A stretch of 64,000 nt of DNA from Acutalibacteraceae bacterium (GCA_045544155.1 JAZPYN010000009.1:5940-69939), one strand, 5' to 3'. Positions 1 through 8,576 are shown, counted from the first letter of the stretch. Translations and numbers: made by a program. Notes: a model not told the origin generated them from the sequence alone.

Positions 1-1525
1 CCGCACACAGCTTCTGCTGCTCACCGCCCGAAAGACCTATACCTTTTTCGTCAAACTCACGTGTGAAAACCGTCTGCTCTTTTTCGGGCATCGACATAAC
101 ACGCTTGTATACGCCTGCCGCCTTAAGTGAATCGGTTACAAGTTCATTGTCTTTTTCGGTATTTTCCTCACGGCAAAGCACATTTTCGCTGACCGTAAGC
201 GCAAAAACCTTATAGTCCTGAAATACGGTTGCAAGCCTTTCACGAATAGAGTCAATGCTATATTCTCTTATATCCGCGCCGTTGTAGAGTATGGTGCCGC
301 TGTCGGGATCATAAAATCTTAATAACAGCTTTACGAATGTAGTTTTGCCTGCACCGTTGTGACCTACAACCGCTATGGTTTCGCCTTTGTTGATTCTGAG
401 GTTCAGCCCTGTGAGCGAGGGCTTTTTTGCACCGGGGTAGGTGAAGCATACATCACGGAATTCAATGCTTTCAAATTTCTCCGCTGCTTTGTCACCGCCG
501 GTCACCTTGGATTCGTATTCCATAAAATCCTTAAGGTTGCCGAAGTAAGCGGCCTCCTTACGTATAAAAGAAACAGCACGTCCGAGGTCGTTGAGTACGT
601 CCTTAAGGTTGCTCATAGCTGTCATAATAACGGAAAAATCCGAAATTGCAAGATTCTTTTTTACAACAAAGCGGTAGGTTGCATAGGTGTATGTAACCGC
701 TACGGGTAAAGCCTTGCCGAAGATGCCTGCAACAAGCTCAAGAAGCATCATTTTGATGCCGTATTTCCTTATTATTTCTCTGTTTTTTTCTACCGCGGTT
801 TCAAATCGGTTGTACATTACGCCGAATATGCCAGAGGTCCTGATATCTTTTGCAAAATCCTTGAGGAAAACGGTGCGCTTGACATATTCCTTTGAGCGCT
901 TGTGCGTGGTCATTTCTTGGTCTTTTTTTACTTCAAGCTTGCCCTTTACCGTTTCCGCAATAACGACTGCAAGCACAATGAGCATTATCAGCAGTATCTT
1001 AGGATCGATAGATACGACATAGATAACGAGAAATATGCCCGTGAGACCGCCTGCAAAAACGCTTGCAAGGTGGTAGGCAAATTCGCTCGAATGGTCGTTT
1101 GTGATTATTTCCGTTGCACGCTTGTACTTGTCATAAAATTCGGGGTTTTCAAAGCAAGCCATATCGACACTGACCGCCTTTTGAAATATACGGTCGTTGA
1201 GATTTTTGTAAAAATGCTTCATCCTCGTGCACACAAGGTAATCCGTGAAACAGTCTGTTGCCTTTGCAAGCAGACCTGATACCGCAAACATAATAACGAG
1301 CATTACATATTCTTTATAGCTGCCGCCGCTTTCAATCAGCGATAACAGCAGCTTAAGAAACAGTATCTCCTGTATAAAGCCCGTGAAAAACCAGTATGCG
1401 GTCTGCGTGAGGATAAAGGAGGTGAGCAGTAACGGTGCACACCTGTGAATCGTCTTTATAGCATAAAAAGTGTTTTTGAGGTTTACAAAACGCTCCTTAT
1501 GCTCTTTAGGTGTTCTTTTTTTCAA
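1..1525 (-). CDS. ABC transporter, fused permease/ATP-binding protein (C-terminal end runs off the window)
   Basis: Hand translation of the minus strand. TTG start at 1525 lies behind AGGAGG (rc of 1532-1537). N-terminal half is hydrophobic. Walker A GHNGAGKTT is rc of 338-364 and signature LSGGEQQK is rc of 11-34. The frame stays open to position 1, which is why it is absent from the ORF track. Confidence 0.85.
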   Translation of the reverse strand, partial: MKKRTPKEHKERFVNLKNTFYAIKTIHRCAPLLLTSFILTQTAYWFFTGFIQEILFLKLLLSLIESGGSYKEYVMLVIMFAVSGLLAKATDCFTDYLVCTRMKHFYKNLNDRIFQKAVSVDMACFENPEFYDKYKRATEIITNDHSSEFAYHLASVFAGGLTGIFLVIYVVSIDPKILLIMLIVLAVVIAETVKGKLEVKKDQEMTTHKRSKEYVKRTVFLKDFAKDIRTSGIFGVMYNRFETAVEKNREIIRKYGIKMMLLELVAGIFGKALPVAVTYTYATYRFVVKKNLAISDFSVIMTAMSNLKDVLNDLGRAVSFIRKEAAYFGNLKDFMEYESKVTGGDKAAEKFESIEFRDVCFTYPGAKKPSLTGLNLRINKGETIAVVGHNGAGKTTFVKLLLRFYDPDSGTILYNGADIREYSIDSIRERLATVFQDYKVFALTVSENVLCREENTEKDNELVTDSLKAAGVYKRVMSMPEKEQTVFTREFDEKGIGLSGGEQQKLCA

Positions 1526-1581
1526 ATTCAGCCTCCTGAAAGTGGGTGAGTTTCCGCTTTTAAGCTGTCAGCCGTGACAAC

Positions 1582-1617
1582 AAAAAACACCCGAAAAACT
1601 AAAACGCTTTTCGGGTG
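1582..1617 (-). terminator. Intrinsic terminator / attenuator hairpin in the leader of the ABC exporter
   Basis: Minus-strand RNA reads CACCCGAAAA-GCGUUUUAGU-UUUUCGGGUG followed by UUUUUU. The stem is a perfect 10 bp. It lies between the 20-codon leader ORF and the ABC start codon. Confidence 0.75.
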
Positions 1618-1639
1618 ACGGTTAGTTTGCAAAAGTGCC

Positions 1640-1702
1640 TCAGCGGACAGAAGCGGACACAATTACCCGAAATTTGTTTTTGTCAAAAGTATTCATCATC
1701 AT
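1640..1702 (-). CDS. 20-aa leader peptide (MMMNTFDKNKFRVIVSASVR) upstream of the ABC exporter
   Basis: ATG at 1702 sits 8 nt behind GAAAGGAGA (rc of 1711-1719); stop TGA is rc of 1640-1642. Codons 11-13 (UUU CGG GUA) contain UUUCGGGU, which is complementary to the 5' arm of the downstream terminator. Confidence 0.6.
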   Translation of the reverse strand: MMMNTFDKNKFRVIVSASVR

Positions 1703-1758
1703 TATGTCCGTCTCCTTTCTTTGAAATATTCTTTGCATTTACACGGAATGCAAAAATA

Positions 1759-1787
1759 AAGTATCACATCTCAACTGCATTTGTCAA
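1759..1787 (-). promoter_or_regulatory. Sigma-A-type promoter for the leader peptide / ABC exporter
   Basis: Minus strand reads TTGACA (rc 1782-1787), a 17-nt spacer, then ATACTT (rc 1759-1764). A TG lies 1 nt upstream of the -10. Confidence 0.55.
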
Positions 1788-1811
1788 GGTGTAATTATAC
1801 TATAAATATAA

Positions 1812-1883
1812 AAATGTCATTCTGAACGAAGTGAAGAATCTCAGGTTGACTGAGATCTTTCGCTTACGCTCAGGATGACATTT
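1812..1883. repeat. Imperfect palindromic element (AAATGTCATyCTGArCG... family); probably also the terminator of the metallophosphoesterase gene
   Basis: Arms AAATGTCATTCTGAACGAAGTGAAGAATCTCAG and CTGAGATCTTTCGCTTACGCTCAGGATGACATTT flank the GTTGA centre. The rc of the right arm shares the 16-mer AATGTCATCCTGAGCG with 29578-29593. On the minus strand the hairpin is followed by a T-run. Confidence 0.7.
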
Positions 1884-1915
1884 GCTTTATATATTTTTTT
1901 CGTATTCCGGATGAA

Positions 1916-3538
1916 TTACGGCTGAACCGTAATCGGTTTGTCTTCACTCTCGTGCTCGACGAGTATGAAGTTGTTACGCTTTGCGTAAGCCCAGCGCATA
2001 TCAAACAGCTTTACTGCATCCATCGGTATAAACAGCTGGTTTTTCTTTTCGGCGTTTCGGTAAACCGCATTTTCAAGCTCAACTGTGCCGCGGTCGGTTT
2101 CAACTGTTTTACTGTCCTGTGTGAATCTTGCCCAGTGGTCATAGCCTTCGAGATAAACCTGATTCTCCGTCTTCTCAACACGACCGCCGAAGTATGAGAA
2201 AAGTACACTCAGACAGCCGTACCATACGCCGTCGATATTTTCGCAGGTTGTCTGATACTGGCAGAGTCCGAGGTCAGCACCCTTGTACATCATACGTGTA
2301 CGGTTGAAGTAGGGCGCAAGAGCACGGGGCTCGATAACGTCATTTTCCTTATCTATAACACAGCGGTCTGCAATTCTGCCATCCTCAAGTGACGCAGTGA
2401 TTGTAAGCTTCTTGCCGTCAACCTCTGCGATTGCAATCATAGAGGTTCTGTCCTCCATAGTGTAGAACGCACTGTGCCATACCTTGCTGAGTGATCGTGT
2501 ACCGGGCGGATTCTGGTTTGAATTACCGAGTACGTAGTTAATCATACCCTTTGACGGCTCTTCAAACAGCTCTTCATTCTTTCTCGGGAAGCTTCTGCCG
2601 AAGCTGTGCTCATGACCCGAGAAGAGCAGGTCGAGCATTTCCATGCTTTCTGTCATAACAGGGTAGCAGTCGTAATTCTGGCAGTCACTGCCCGTGTAGC
2701 ATACGGGGAAGTGGTAAGTACCGATTTTCCAGTCGGCTGTGCACTTTTCAAGGTCAGCTTTGAGCCAATCGTTTACATCTTCGGGGCCGTTGACGCCGAG
2801 CACCGTAAAGTGAGCATTGCCGTAGTCAAATGCATAGTTTTCCGTTTCCCAGCCCTTGGGGCCGTTGTAGGGATAGCTGCCCTTGAGCTGCTTGCAGAAA
2901 AATTCGGCAGGCTCGGAGTAGAATCGGCCGATACCGTTTCTGTAGTCTTTGAAGCCTCGAGTATCGTGGTTACCTTCGGTGAACATTACGGGTACATATT
3001 CTGCAATGCCTTCCCAGCCGAGGAATGCACCGTTCCACTGCTGCTCGTGCATACCGCAGTCGGTGTTGTCGCCTGCAGTGAGGATAAATGCAGTGTCGGG
3101 ATGTTCCTTGAGATAACGCTTGATAAGTGAGTTGAAATATGAATAATCGGGTGCATCAAACGGGTCGCCCTTCTGCTGGTCTGATACGCAAAGGAACTTG
3201 AACTTTGTCAGACCTTCGGGCTGAGTTGTAAAAAAGTATTCTTCACTGCGGTTTGTGTCGTTGCCGCAGGTGTAGTAGTATTTTGTGCCGGGTTTGAGAT
3301 CTTCAAGGTGTGCCCAGAACATATTGCTGATGTCGATATCGCTTTCAAAAACTTCGGTTGCAGCTTCGGTACGAATTAAGGTATCTGTGCCGTCTTCACG
3401 GTAGAGTACATAGCCGTTTGTGACATCGGTGCTTGTACGCCAGGTGACAGCCATTGTTGTTTTTGCATCGTCGAAAATGCTTATCATTATATGGTCGGGC
3501 TGAGGTGTTGAGCCTCTTACGGGCTTTGTTCTTTCCAT
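1916..3538 (-). CDS. Calcineurin-like metallophosphoesterase with a purple-acid-phosphatase-type N-terminal domain
   Basis: 540-aa ORF. Motifs GDNTD, GNHD and GHEHS occur in the order typical of the family. The N-terminal MAVTWRTS region resembles the PAP N-domain. Confidence 0.75.
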   Translation of the reverse strand: MERTKPVRGSTPQPDHIMISIFDDAKTTMAVTWRTSTDVTNGYVLYREDGTDTLIRTEAATEVFESDIDISNMFWAHLEDLKPGTKYYYTCGNDTNRSEEYFFTTQPEGLTKFKFLCVSDQQKGDPFDAPDYSYFNSLIKRYLKEHPDTAFILTAGDNTDCGMHEQQWNGAFLGWEGIAEYVPVMFTEGNHDTRGFKDYRNGIGRFYSEPAEFFCKQLKGSYPYNGPKGWETENYAFDYGNAHFTVLGVNGPEDVNDWLKADLEKCTADWKIGTYHFPVCYTGSDCQNYDCYPVMTESMEMLDLLFSGHEHSFGRSFPRKNEELFEEPSKGMINYVLGNSNQNPPGTRSLSKVWHSAFYTMEDRTSMIAIAEVDGKKLTITASLEDGRIADRCVIDKENDVIEPRALAPYFNRTRMMYKGADLGLCQYQTTCENIDGVWYGCLSVLFSYFGGRVEKTENQVYLEGYDHWARFTQDSKTVETDRGTVELENAVYRNAEKKNQLFIPMDAVKLFDMRWAYAKRNNFILVEHESEDKPITVQP

Positions 3539-3743
3539 AATTAATTCTCCTTCTGAAAAAAAGTCGCTGTTTAGAGTATATCACGCAGAAATTGATTTTT
3601 CAATCGGTTTGATGAATTTGACAGCGGTCAGAATTTTTTGTTGAAAATTCATAAAATTAATACATAACTTCAAACAAAATGACTATTGTTTTTATTTATG
3701 AAAATTTTATAATTAAGGTAAAATGTTGAACGGAGCATAACAA

Positions 3744-4253
3744 ATGAAAGAAATAATCGGCCAGATTGTAGGCTTTGTCGCAATGGCAATTATCGTGTTT
3801 TCATACCAGCAAAAATCGCATAAAAATATTCTGACTTTTCAGATGATATCGGGTCTGCTCTTTACTGTGCATTTTCTGCTTATCGGTGCATATACGGGCT
3901 GCGTGTCAAACCTTATCGGTGCGCTTCGTTCGTTGATATATGCTAACCGCGGTAAAAATAAATTTACCGACTTCAAGCTGTGGCCGGTTATTTTCAGCGT
4001 GGTATTTACTGTTTCGGGTATTATGACATGGGATAATATCTTTTCCGTTTTCCCGATAATAGCTATGGTTGCATCGTCTGTTGTGCTGTGGATCGATTCG
4101 CCTAAAATCAACCGTGCTTTTTCAATGCCCACCTCTGCGTGCTGGCTTGTTTACAATATCCCTAACCGCTCTTTTTCGGGTGTGGCGACAGAAATTTTTG
4201 TACTTTCTTCAATTGTTATCGGTATGCTTCGTCTGGACAGAAATAAAAAGTAA
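3744..4253 (+). CDS. YgjV-like small multi-pass inner membrane protein
   Basis: 169-aa ORF, hydrophobic throughout, with an N-terminus resembling the YgjV family (recognised by eye). Confidence 0.55.
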   Translation: MKEIIGQIVGFVAMAIIVFSYQQKSHKNILTFQMISGLLFTVHFLLIGAYTGCVSNLIGALRSLIYANRGKNKFTDFKLWPVIFSVVFTVSGIMTWDNIFSVFPIIAMVASSVVLWIDSPKINRAFSMPTSACWLVYNIPNRSFSGVATEIFVLSSIVIGMLRLDRNKK

Positions 4254-4320
4254 ATGCTTTGTTGTTGAAAATGACCAATAAAACATTATAATATTTTACA
4301 ACTCAAATGACGGAAAAGTG

Positions 4321-4348
4321 TTGATTTTAAAAAAGCATTTTATATAAT
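4321..4348 (+). promoter_or_regulatory. Sigma-A-type promoter of the oxidoreductase/TIM-barrel cluster
   Basis: TTGATT (4321-4326), a 16-nt spacer, then TATAAT (4343-4348), about 50 nt upstream of the ATG at 4398. Confidence 0.55.
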
Positions 4349-4397
4349 TAAGTTGTAGTTTATCGTCGCTTTTGTCAGCGGCAGAAAGGAATATATT

Positions 4398-5498
4398 ATG
4401 GATAAAAAACTCAGAGTCGGTATTATCGGTTGCGGCGGTATTGCCAACGGTAAGCATATGCCCTCTATTGCAAAAATTAAAGAGGCTGAAATGGTTGCTT
4501 TCTGCGACATCGTTATCGAAAAAGCACAGGCAGCTGCTGAGAAATACGGTGTTGAGGGTGCAAAGGTATATGAGGATTATAAAGAGCTTCTCAAGGATGA
4601 GAGCATCGATGTAGTTCACGTCTGCACACCCAACCGTTCACACAGCTTTATTACTGTTGATTCTCTTGAGGCAGGCAAGCACGTTATGTGCGAGAAGCCT
4701 ATGGCTAAAACATATGCCGATGCTAAGAAGATGCTTGAAGCTGCACAGCGTACAGGCAAGAAGCTTACGATCGGCTACCAGCAGCGTTGGAGAGATGATT
4801 CCATCTACCTTAAAGAGGCTTGCGACAACGGCGACCTCGGCGATATCTACTATGCTAAGGCTATTGCACTTCGTCGCCGTGCAGTTCCGACATGGGGCGT
4901 TTTCCTCAACGAGTATGAGCAGGGTGGCGGTCCGCTTATAGATATCGGTACTCACGCTCTTGACCTTACTCTTTATATGATGAACAACTACAAGCCCAAG
5001 ATGGTTGTCGGTACAACCTTTAAAAAGCTCGGTCAGCAGAAGCGTGCCGCTAACTCATGGGGCGATTGGGATCCCGAGAAGTTTACTGTTGAAGATTCTG
5101 CTTTCGGATTTATCGTTATGGAAAACGGCGCAACTATCACTCTTGAGTCTGCATGGGCACTCAATGTTGCCGACCCGAGAGAGGCTGTATGTATGCTCTG
5201 CGGTGACAAGGCAGGTGCTGATTTTGACGGTCCCGACGAGAGCCTTCGCTTCAACTATGTCAAGTACGGCAGACAGGTTATCGAAACACCCAATTTTGAT
5301 GCGGGCGGCGTAGCCTTCTATGAGGGTGACCGTCATCCCGACCCGAAGGATGTTGAATGCCGTCTGTGGTATGATGCAATTATCAACGATACAGAGGTTA
5401 AGACAAAGCCTGAGCAGGCACTTGTTGTAACTCAGATTCTCGAAGCTATCTATGAGTCAGCAAAAACAGGTGCTCCCGTATACATAAACAACGACTAA
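4398..5498 (+). CDS. Gfo/Idh/MocA family NAD(P)-dependent oxidoreductase
   Basis: 366-aa ORF with an N-terminal Rossmann motif (VGIIGCGGIANGKH) and the EKP motif (MCEKPMA). Confidence 0.85.
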   Translation: MDKKLRVGIIGCGGIANGKHMPSIAKIKEAEMVAFCDIVIEKAQAAAEKYGVEGAKVYEDYKELLKDESIDVVHVCTPNRSHSFITVDSLEAGKHVMCEKPMAKTYADAKKMLEAAQRTGKKLTIGYQQRWRDDSIYLKEACDNGDLGDIYYAKAIALRRRAVPTWGVFLNEYEQGGGPLIDIGTHALDLTLYMMNNYKPKMVVGTTFKKLGQQKRAANSWGDWDPEKFTVEDSAFGFIVMENGATITLESAWALNVADPREAVCMLCGDKAGADFDGPDESLRFNYVKYGRQVIETPNFDAGGVAFYEGDRHPDPKDVECRLWYDAIINDTEVKTKPEQALVVTQILEAIYESAKTGAPVYINND

Positions 5499-5522
5499 CA
5501 GATTAAAAAGGTGATTTGAATT

Positions 5523-6239
5523 ATGAAAATAGCAGTTCAGCTTTACAGCGTACGCGACTGTATAAACAGTGCGGACGATTTTATGAAGGTTCTTGAAGAA
5601 GTCAAGGCTATGGGCTACGACGGCGTTGAGTTTGCAGGTTATCACGGCGTTGATGCAGCAACTATCCGTGCAAAGCTCGATGAGCTCGGTCTTGTCCCCG
5701 TAGGCACACATCTCGGTATTAACGATTTCCTCCCCGAGAATATTGAAAAAACAGTTGAGTTTAATAAGGTTCTCGGCTGCCTTAACTGCGGTGTAGGCGG
5801 TGCGGCACACGACACTGTTGAGGAATGTGAATATGCCGCCAAGGCTCTTGCTTACGGCGCAGAAAAGCTCGGTGTGCCCACATATTACCACAATCACACA
5901 GAGGAGTTTACTCCTCTTGAAAACGGCAAAATCGGTATGCAGATTTTTGCTGAGCACACATATCTTGAGGTTGATACATACTGGAGCCACTGTGCAGGTG
6001 TAGATAACTACAACTTCATTATGGAGAATAAGGACAGAATCTGTCTGCTTCACGTTAAGGACGGTCTTGACCGTAAGCCTCTTTCACTCGGTGATGGCGA
6101 CTGTGACGTTGCAAAGGTAGTAAAGGCCGCAAAGGATGCAGGCATCGAATGGCTTGTCGTAGAAAACGACGATCCCGTACCTAACGGACTTGAGGACGTT
6201 AAGCGCAGTATCGCTTACCTTAAAACACTTGTAGGCTGA
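5523..6239 (+). CDS. Sugar phosphate isomerase/epimerase (xylose-isomerase-like TIM barrel)
   Basis: 238-aa ORF starting 24 nt after the previous gene. Sequence resembles the AP_endonuc_2/TIM-barrel family (YDGVEF..., LHVKD). Confidence 0.65.
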   Translation: MKIAVQLYSVRDCINSADDFMKVLEEVKAMGYDGVEFAGYHGVDAATIRAKLDELGLVPVGTHLGINDFLPENIEKTVEFNKVLGCLNCGVGGAAHDTVEECEYAAKALAYGAEKLGVPTYYHNHTEEFTPLENGKIGMQIFAEHTYLEVDTYWSHCAGVDNYNFIMENKDRICLLHVKDGLDRKPLSLGDGDCDVAKVVKAAKDAGIEWLVVENDDPVPNGLEDVKRSIAYLKTLVG

Positions 6240-6253
6240 GAGGAGAAAAGAAA

Positions 6254-7219
6254 ATGAAAATTGGTGTTATTACAAACCTTCTCGGTAACCTTCCTCTTGA
6301 AGAGGCTCTTGAGTACTTTGTATCAAAGGGCATTGAGATGGTAGAGATCGGTTGCGGAGGCTATCCGGGCGATGCTCACGCAAATCCCGATATTCTTCTT
6401 AATGATGAAGCAAAGCTTGAGGAGTTCAAAGCTCTTATAAAAAAATACAACGTTGAAATCAGCGCACTCAGCTGCCACGGCAACCCCGTTCATCCCGACA
6501 AGGCGGTTGCAAAAGAATTTGACGAAGCAATGCGCAAGACAGTTCTTCTTGCAGAGAAGCTCGGAGTTCATCAGATCAATACTTTTTCCGGCTGCCCCGG
6601 CGACAGTGAGAATGCAAAGTATCCCAACTGGGTAACCTGCCCGTGGCCCAACGAGTTCGGCGAGATGCTCGAATGGCAGTGGAATGAAGTGCTTATTCCT
6701 TATTGGAAGGAGTTTGTTGCTTTTTCGAAGGCTCACGGTGTAGATAAGATAGCTCTCGAGATGCATCCCGGTTTCTGCGTATACAATCCCGAAACTCTGC
6801 TCAAGTTTCGTGCGGCTGTCGGTCCTGAGATCGGTGCGAACTTTGACCCGAGCCACCTTATCTGGCAGGGTATTGAGCCTGTTGCAGCTATCCGTGCGCT
6901 TGAGGGCGCAATCTTCCACTTCCACGCAAAGGATACAAAGGTTGACAAGTACAACACAGCAGTCAACGGTGTGCTTGATACCAAGCCCTACGGTGACGAG
7001 ATCCATCGCTCATGGGTATTCCGCTCCGTCGGCTACGGCAACGATGAAACCTACTGGAAGGATATCATCTCCAATCTTCGTATGGTCGGTTACGATTATG
7101 CAATCAGTATTGAGCACGAGGATTCGCTTATGAGCCAGAATGAAGGCTTTACAAAGGCAATCGATATGCTTAAGCGTGCAGTTATCCGCGAAGAGCCCTG
7201 CACAATGTGGTGGGTGTAA
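6254..7219 (+). CDS. Sugar phosphate isomerase/epimerase (xylose-isomerase-like TIM barrel), larger paralogue
   Basis: 321-aa ORF with RBS GAGGAG upstream. TIM-barrel family features seen by eye (IALEMHPG, FHFHAKD, SIEHED). Confidence 0.65.
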   Translation: MKIGVITNLLGNLPLEEALEYFVSKGIEMVEIGCGGYPGDAHANPDILLNDEAKLEEFKALIKKYNVEISALSCHGNPVHPDKAVAKEFDEAMRKTVLLAEKLGVHQINTFSGCPGDSENAKYPNWVTCPWPNEFGEMLEWQWNEVLIPYWKEFVAFSKAHGVDKIALEMHPGFCVYNPETLLKFRAAVGPEIGANFDPSHLIWQGIEPVAAIRALEGAIFHFHAKDTKVDKYNTAVNGVLDTKPYGDEIHRSWVFRSVGYGNDETYWKDIISNLRMVGYDYAISIEHEDSLMSQNEGFTKAIDMLKRAVIREEPCTMWWV

Positions 7220-7222
7220 TAG

Positions 7223-7383
7223 GCAGATGATAATTAAATCTGCGGCACGGTTATCAGTGGATATTTTCCCGTAAAACTTTGTGAAAATGCTCAGCAATAC
7301 ACCAAGTATTGCTTGTGCTTTTCACTTTGCCTTACGAAAAAATCTCTCACTGCTAACCATACCTCGCTTTAATCATCAACTGC
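7223..7383. repeat. Long imperfect inverted repeat (about 78-nt arms) inside the sugar cluster
   Basis: The rc of the left arm (7223-7300) aligns with the right arm (7306-7383) in blocks: GTATTGCT, TTTTCAC, TTACG, AAAAT, CACTG, TAACC, TTTAAT, ATCA, CTGC. About two thirds of positions match by hand alignment. The loop is ACCAA and a T5 run (7385-7389) follows. Confidence 0.7.
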
Positions 7384-7470
7384 ATTTTTGTGACTGAGAA
7401 TTTACAGTGTTTTTATTAAGCTATAAAATGGATATTTTAGCTTTCAATTTTGCTTTTATTTAAGAAGGTA

Positions 7471-8526
7471 ATGGTTATGGGTAAAAAAATAGGTCACGCC
7501 GTTATAGGCTATGGCGGAATGGGTCACTTCCATGGCAGACGCTGTCAGAGCATTGATTCGCTCGACTTCATCGGCTTTTACGATATCGACCCCGAGGTAC
7601 AGAAAAAAGGTGCGGAGGAGGGTGCGCACAGTTACGCAAGCCGTGCCGAGCTTCTCGCGGATGAGAAAATTGATCTTGTAACAGTTGCTACTCCGAATGA
7701 CGTTCACAAAGAAATCGTTATTGATGCTCTGCGTGCCGGTAAAAACGTTATTTGTGAAAAGCCTGTCACAATGTCGAGCGAAGATCTTGAAGAGATGATA
7801 GCCGTTGCAAACGAAACAGGTAAGATGTTTACTGTTCATCAGAACAGACGCTGGGATGGCGACTATAGACGTATTAAGAAAATCTACGAAGACAACACGC
7901 TTGGTAAAATTCACTGCTTTGAGCACCGTGTGCACGGGTCACGCGGTATACCGAGTGGCTGGCGCGGTGAAAAGGAGCACGGCGGCGGTATGGTGCTTGA
8001 TTGGGGCGTTCATTTGCTCGACCAGATGCTTACCCTGATGGCAGATAAAAAGATGCTTTCTGTTTATGCAGAGTGTACCAATATCACTAATTTTGAGTGT
8101 GATGACGGCTTTAAGGCGATAATTAAGTTTGAGGGTGATGTCAGCTGGCAGATCGAGGTTATGACAAATAACTTTATTGAAATGCCTCTGTGGTATGTCT
8201 GCGGCGAAAACGGTACCGCAATAATCAAAGACTGGAACGGTAACGGAGAGATAGTAATGGTCTCCGATTGGGAAAATCGCGACTCTGTGCCGATAAAAGC
8301 TGGTGTAGGTCTTACAAAAACAATGGCACCGCGTACTGACGAATCGATAAAGCATTTTCCGCTTCCCGACGGTGAGGATGATTGGAATGCCTATTATCTT
8401 GATATCTGCGATGCACTTGCAAACGGCAGAACACCAAATGTAACTCACGACCAGCAACGTAAGCTTGTCAAGCTTATTGAAGCAATTTTTGAATCTGCCG
8501 AAAAGAACGAAGTAATAAAATTCTGA
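7471..8526 (+). CDS. Gfo/Idh/MocA family oxidoreductase
   Basis: The ORF track opens at 7450, but I prefer the ATG at 7471, a few nt after GAAGG. Motifs are IGHAVIGYGGMG (Rossmann) and ICEKPV. Confidence 0.8.
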   Translation: MVMGKKIGHAVIGYGGMGHFHGRRCQSIDSLDFIGFYDIDPEVQKKGAEEGAHSYASRAELLADEKIDLVTVATPNDVHKEIVIDALRAGKNVICEKPVTMSSEDLEEMIAVANETGKMFTVHQNRRWDGDYRRIKKIYEDNTLGKIHCFEHRVHGSRGIPSGWRGEKEHGGGMVLDWGVHLLDQMLTLMADKKMLSVYAECTNITNFECDDGFKAIIKFEGDVSWQIEVMTNNFIEMPLWYVCGENGTAIIKDWNGNGEIVMVSDWENRDSVPIKAGVGLTKTMAPRTDESIKHFPLPDGEDDWNAYYLDICDALANGRTPNVTHDQQRKLVKLIEAIFESAEKNEVIKF

Positions 8527-8539
8527 ATACACTAAAAAA

Positions 8540-8576
8540 CAGCAGAAGCTTTGGTTTGCTTCTGCTGTACTTTTTT
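8540..8576. terminator. Bidirectional intrinsic terminator between convergent genes
   Basis: CAGCAGAAGC (8540-8549) pairs with GCTTCTGCTG (8558-8567). An A-run lies upstream and a T-run (8571-8576) downstream. Confidence 0.75.

Noticed and set aside
359-1279. Three plus-strand ORFs (116, 111 and 125 aa) from the ORF track
   Set aside because: They are antisense to the open-ended ABC transporter CDS (1-1525, minus), which carries Walker A, signature and TM regions. The track misses that CDS only because it runs off the window.
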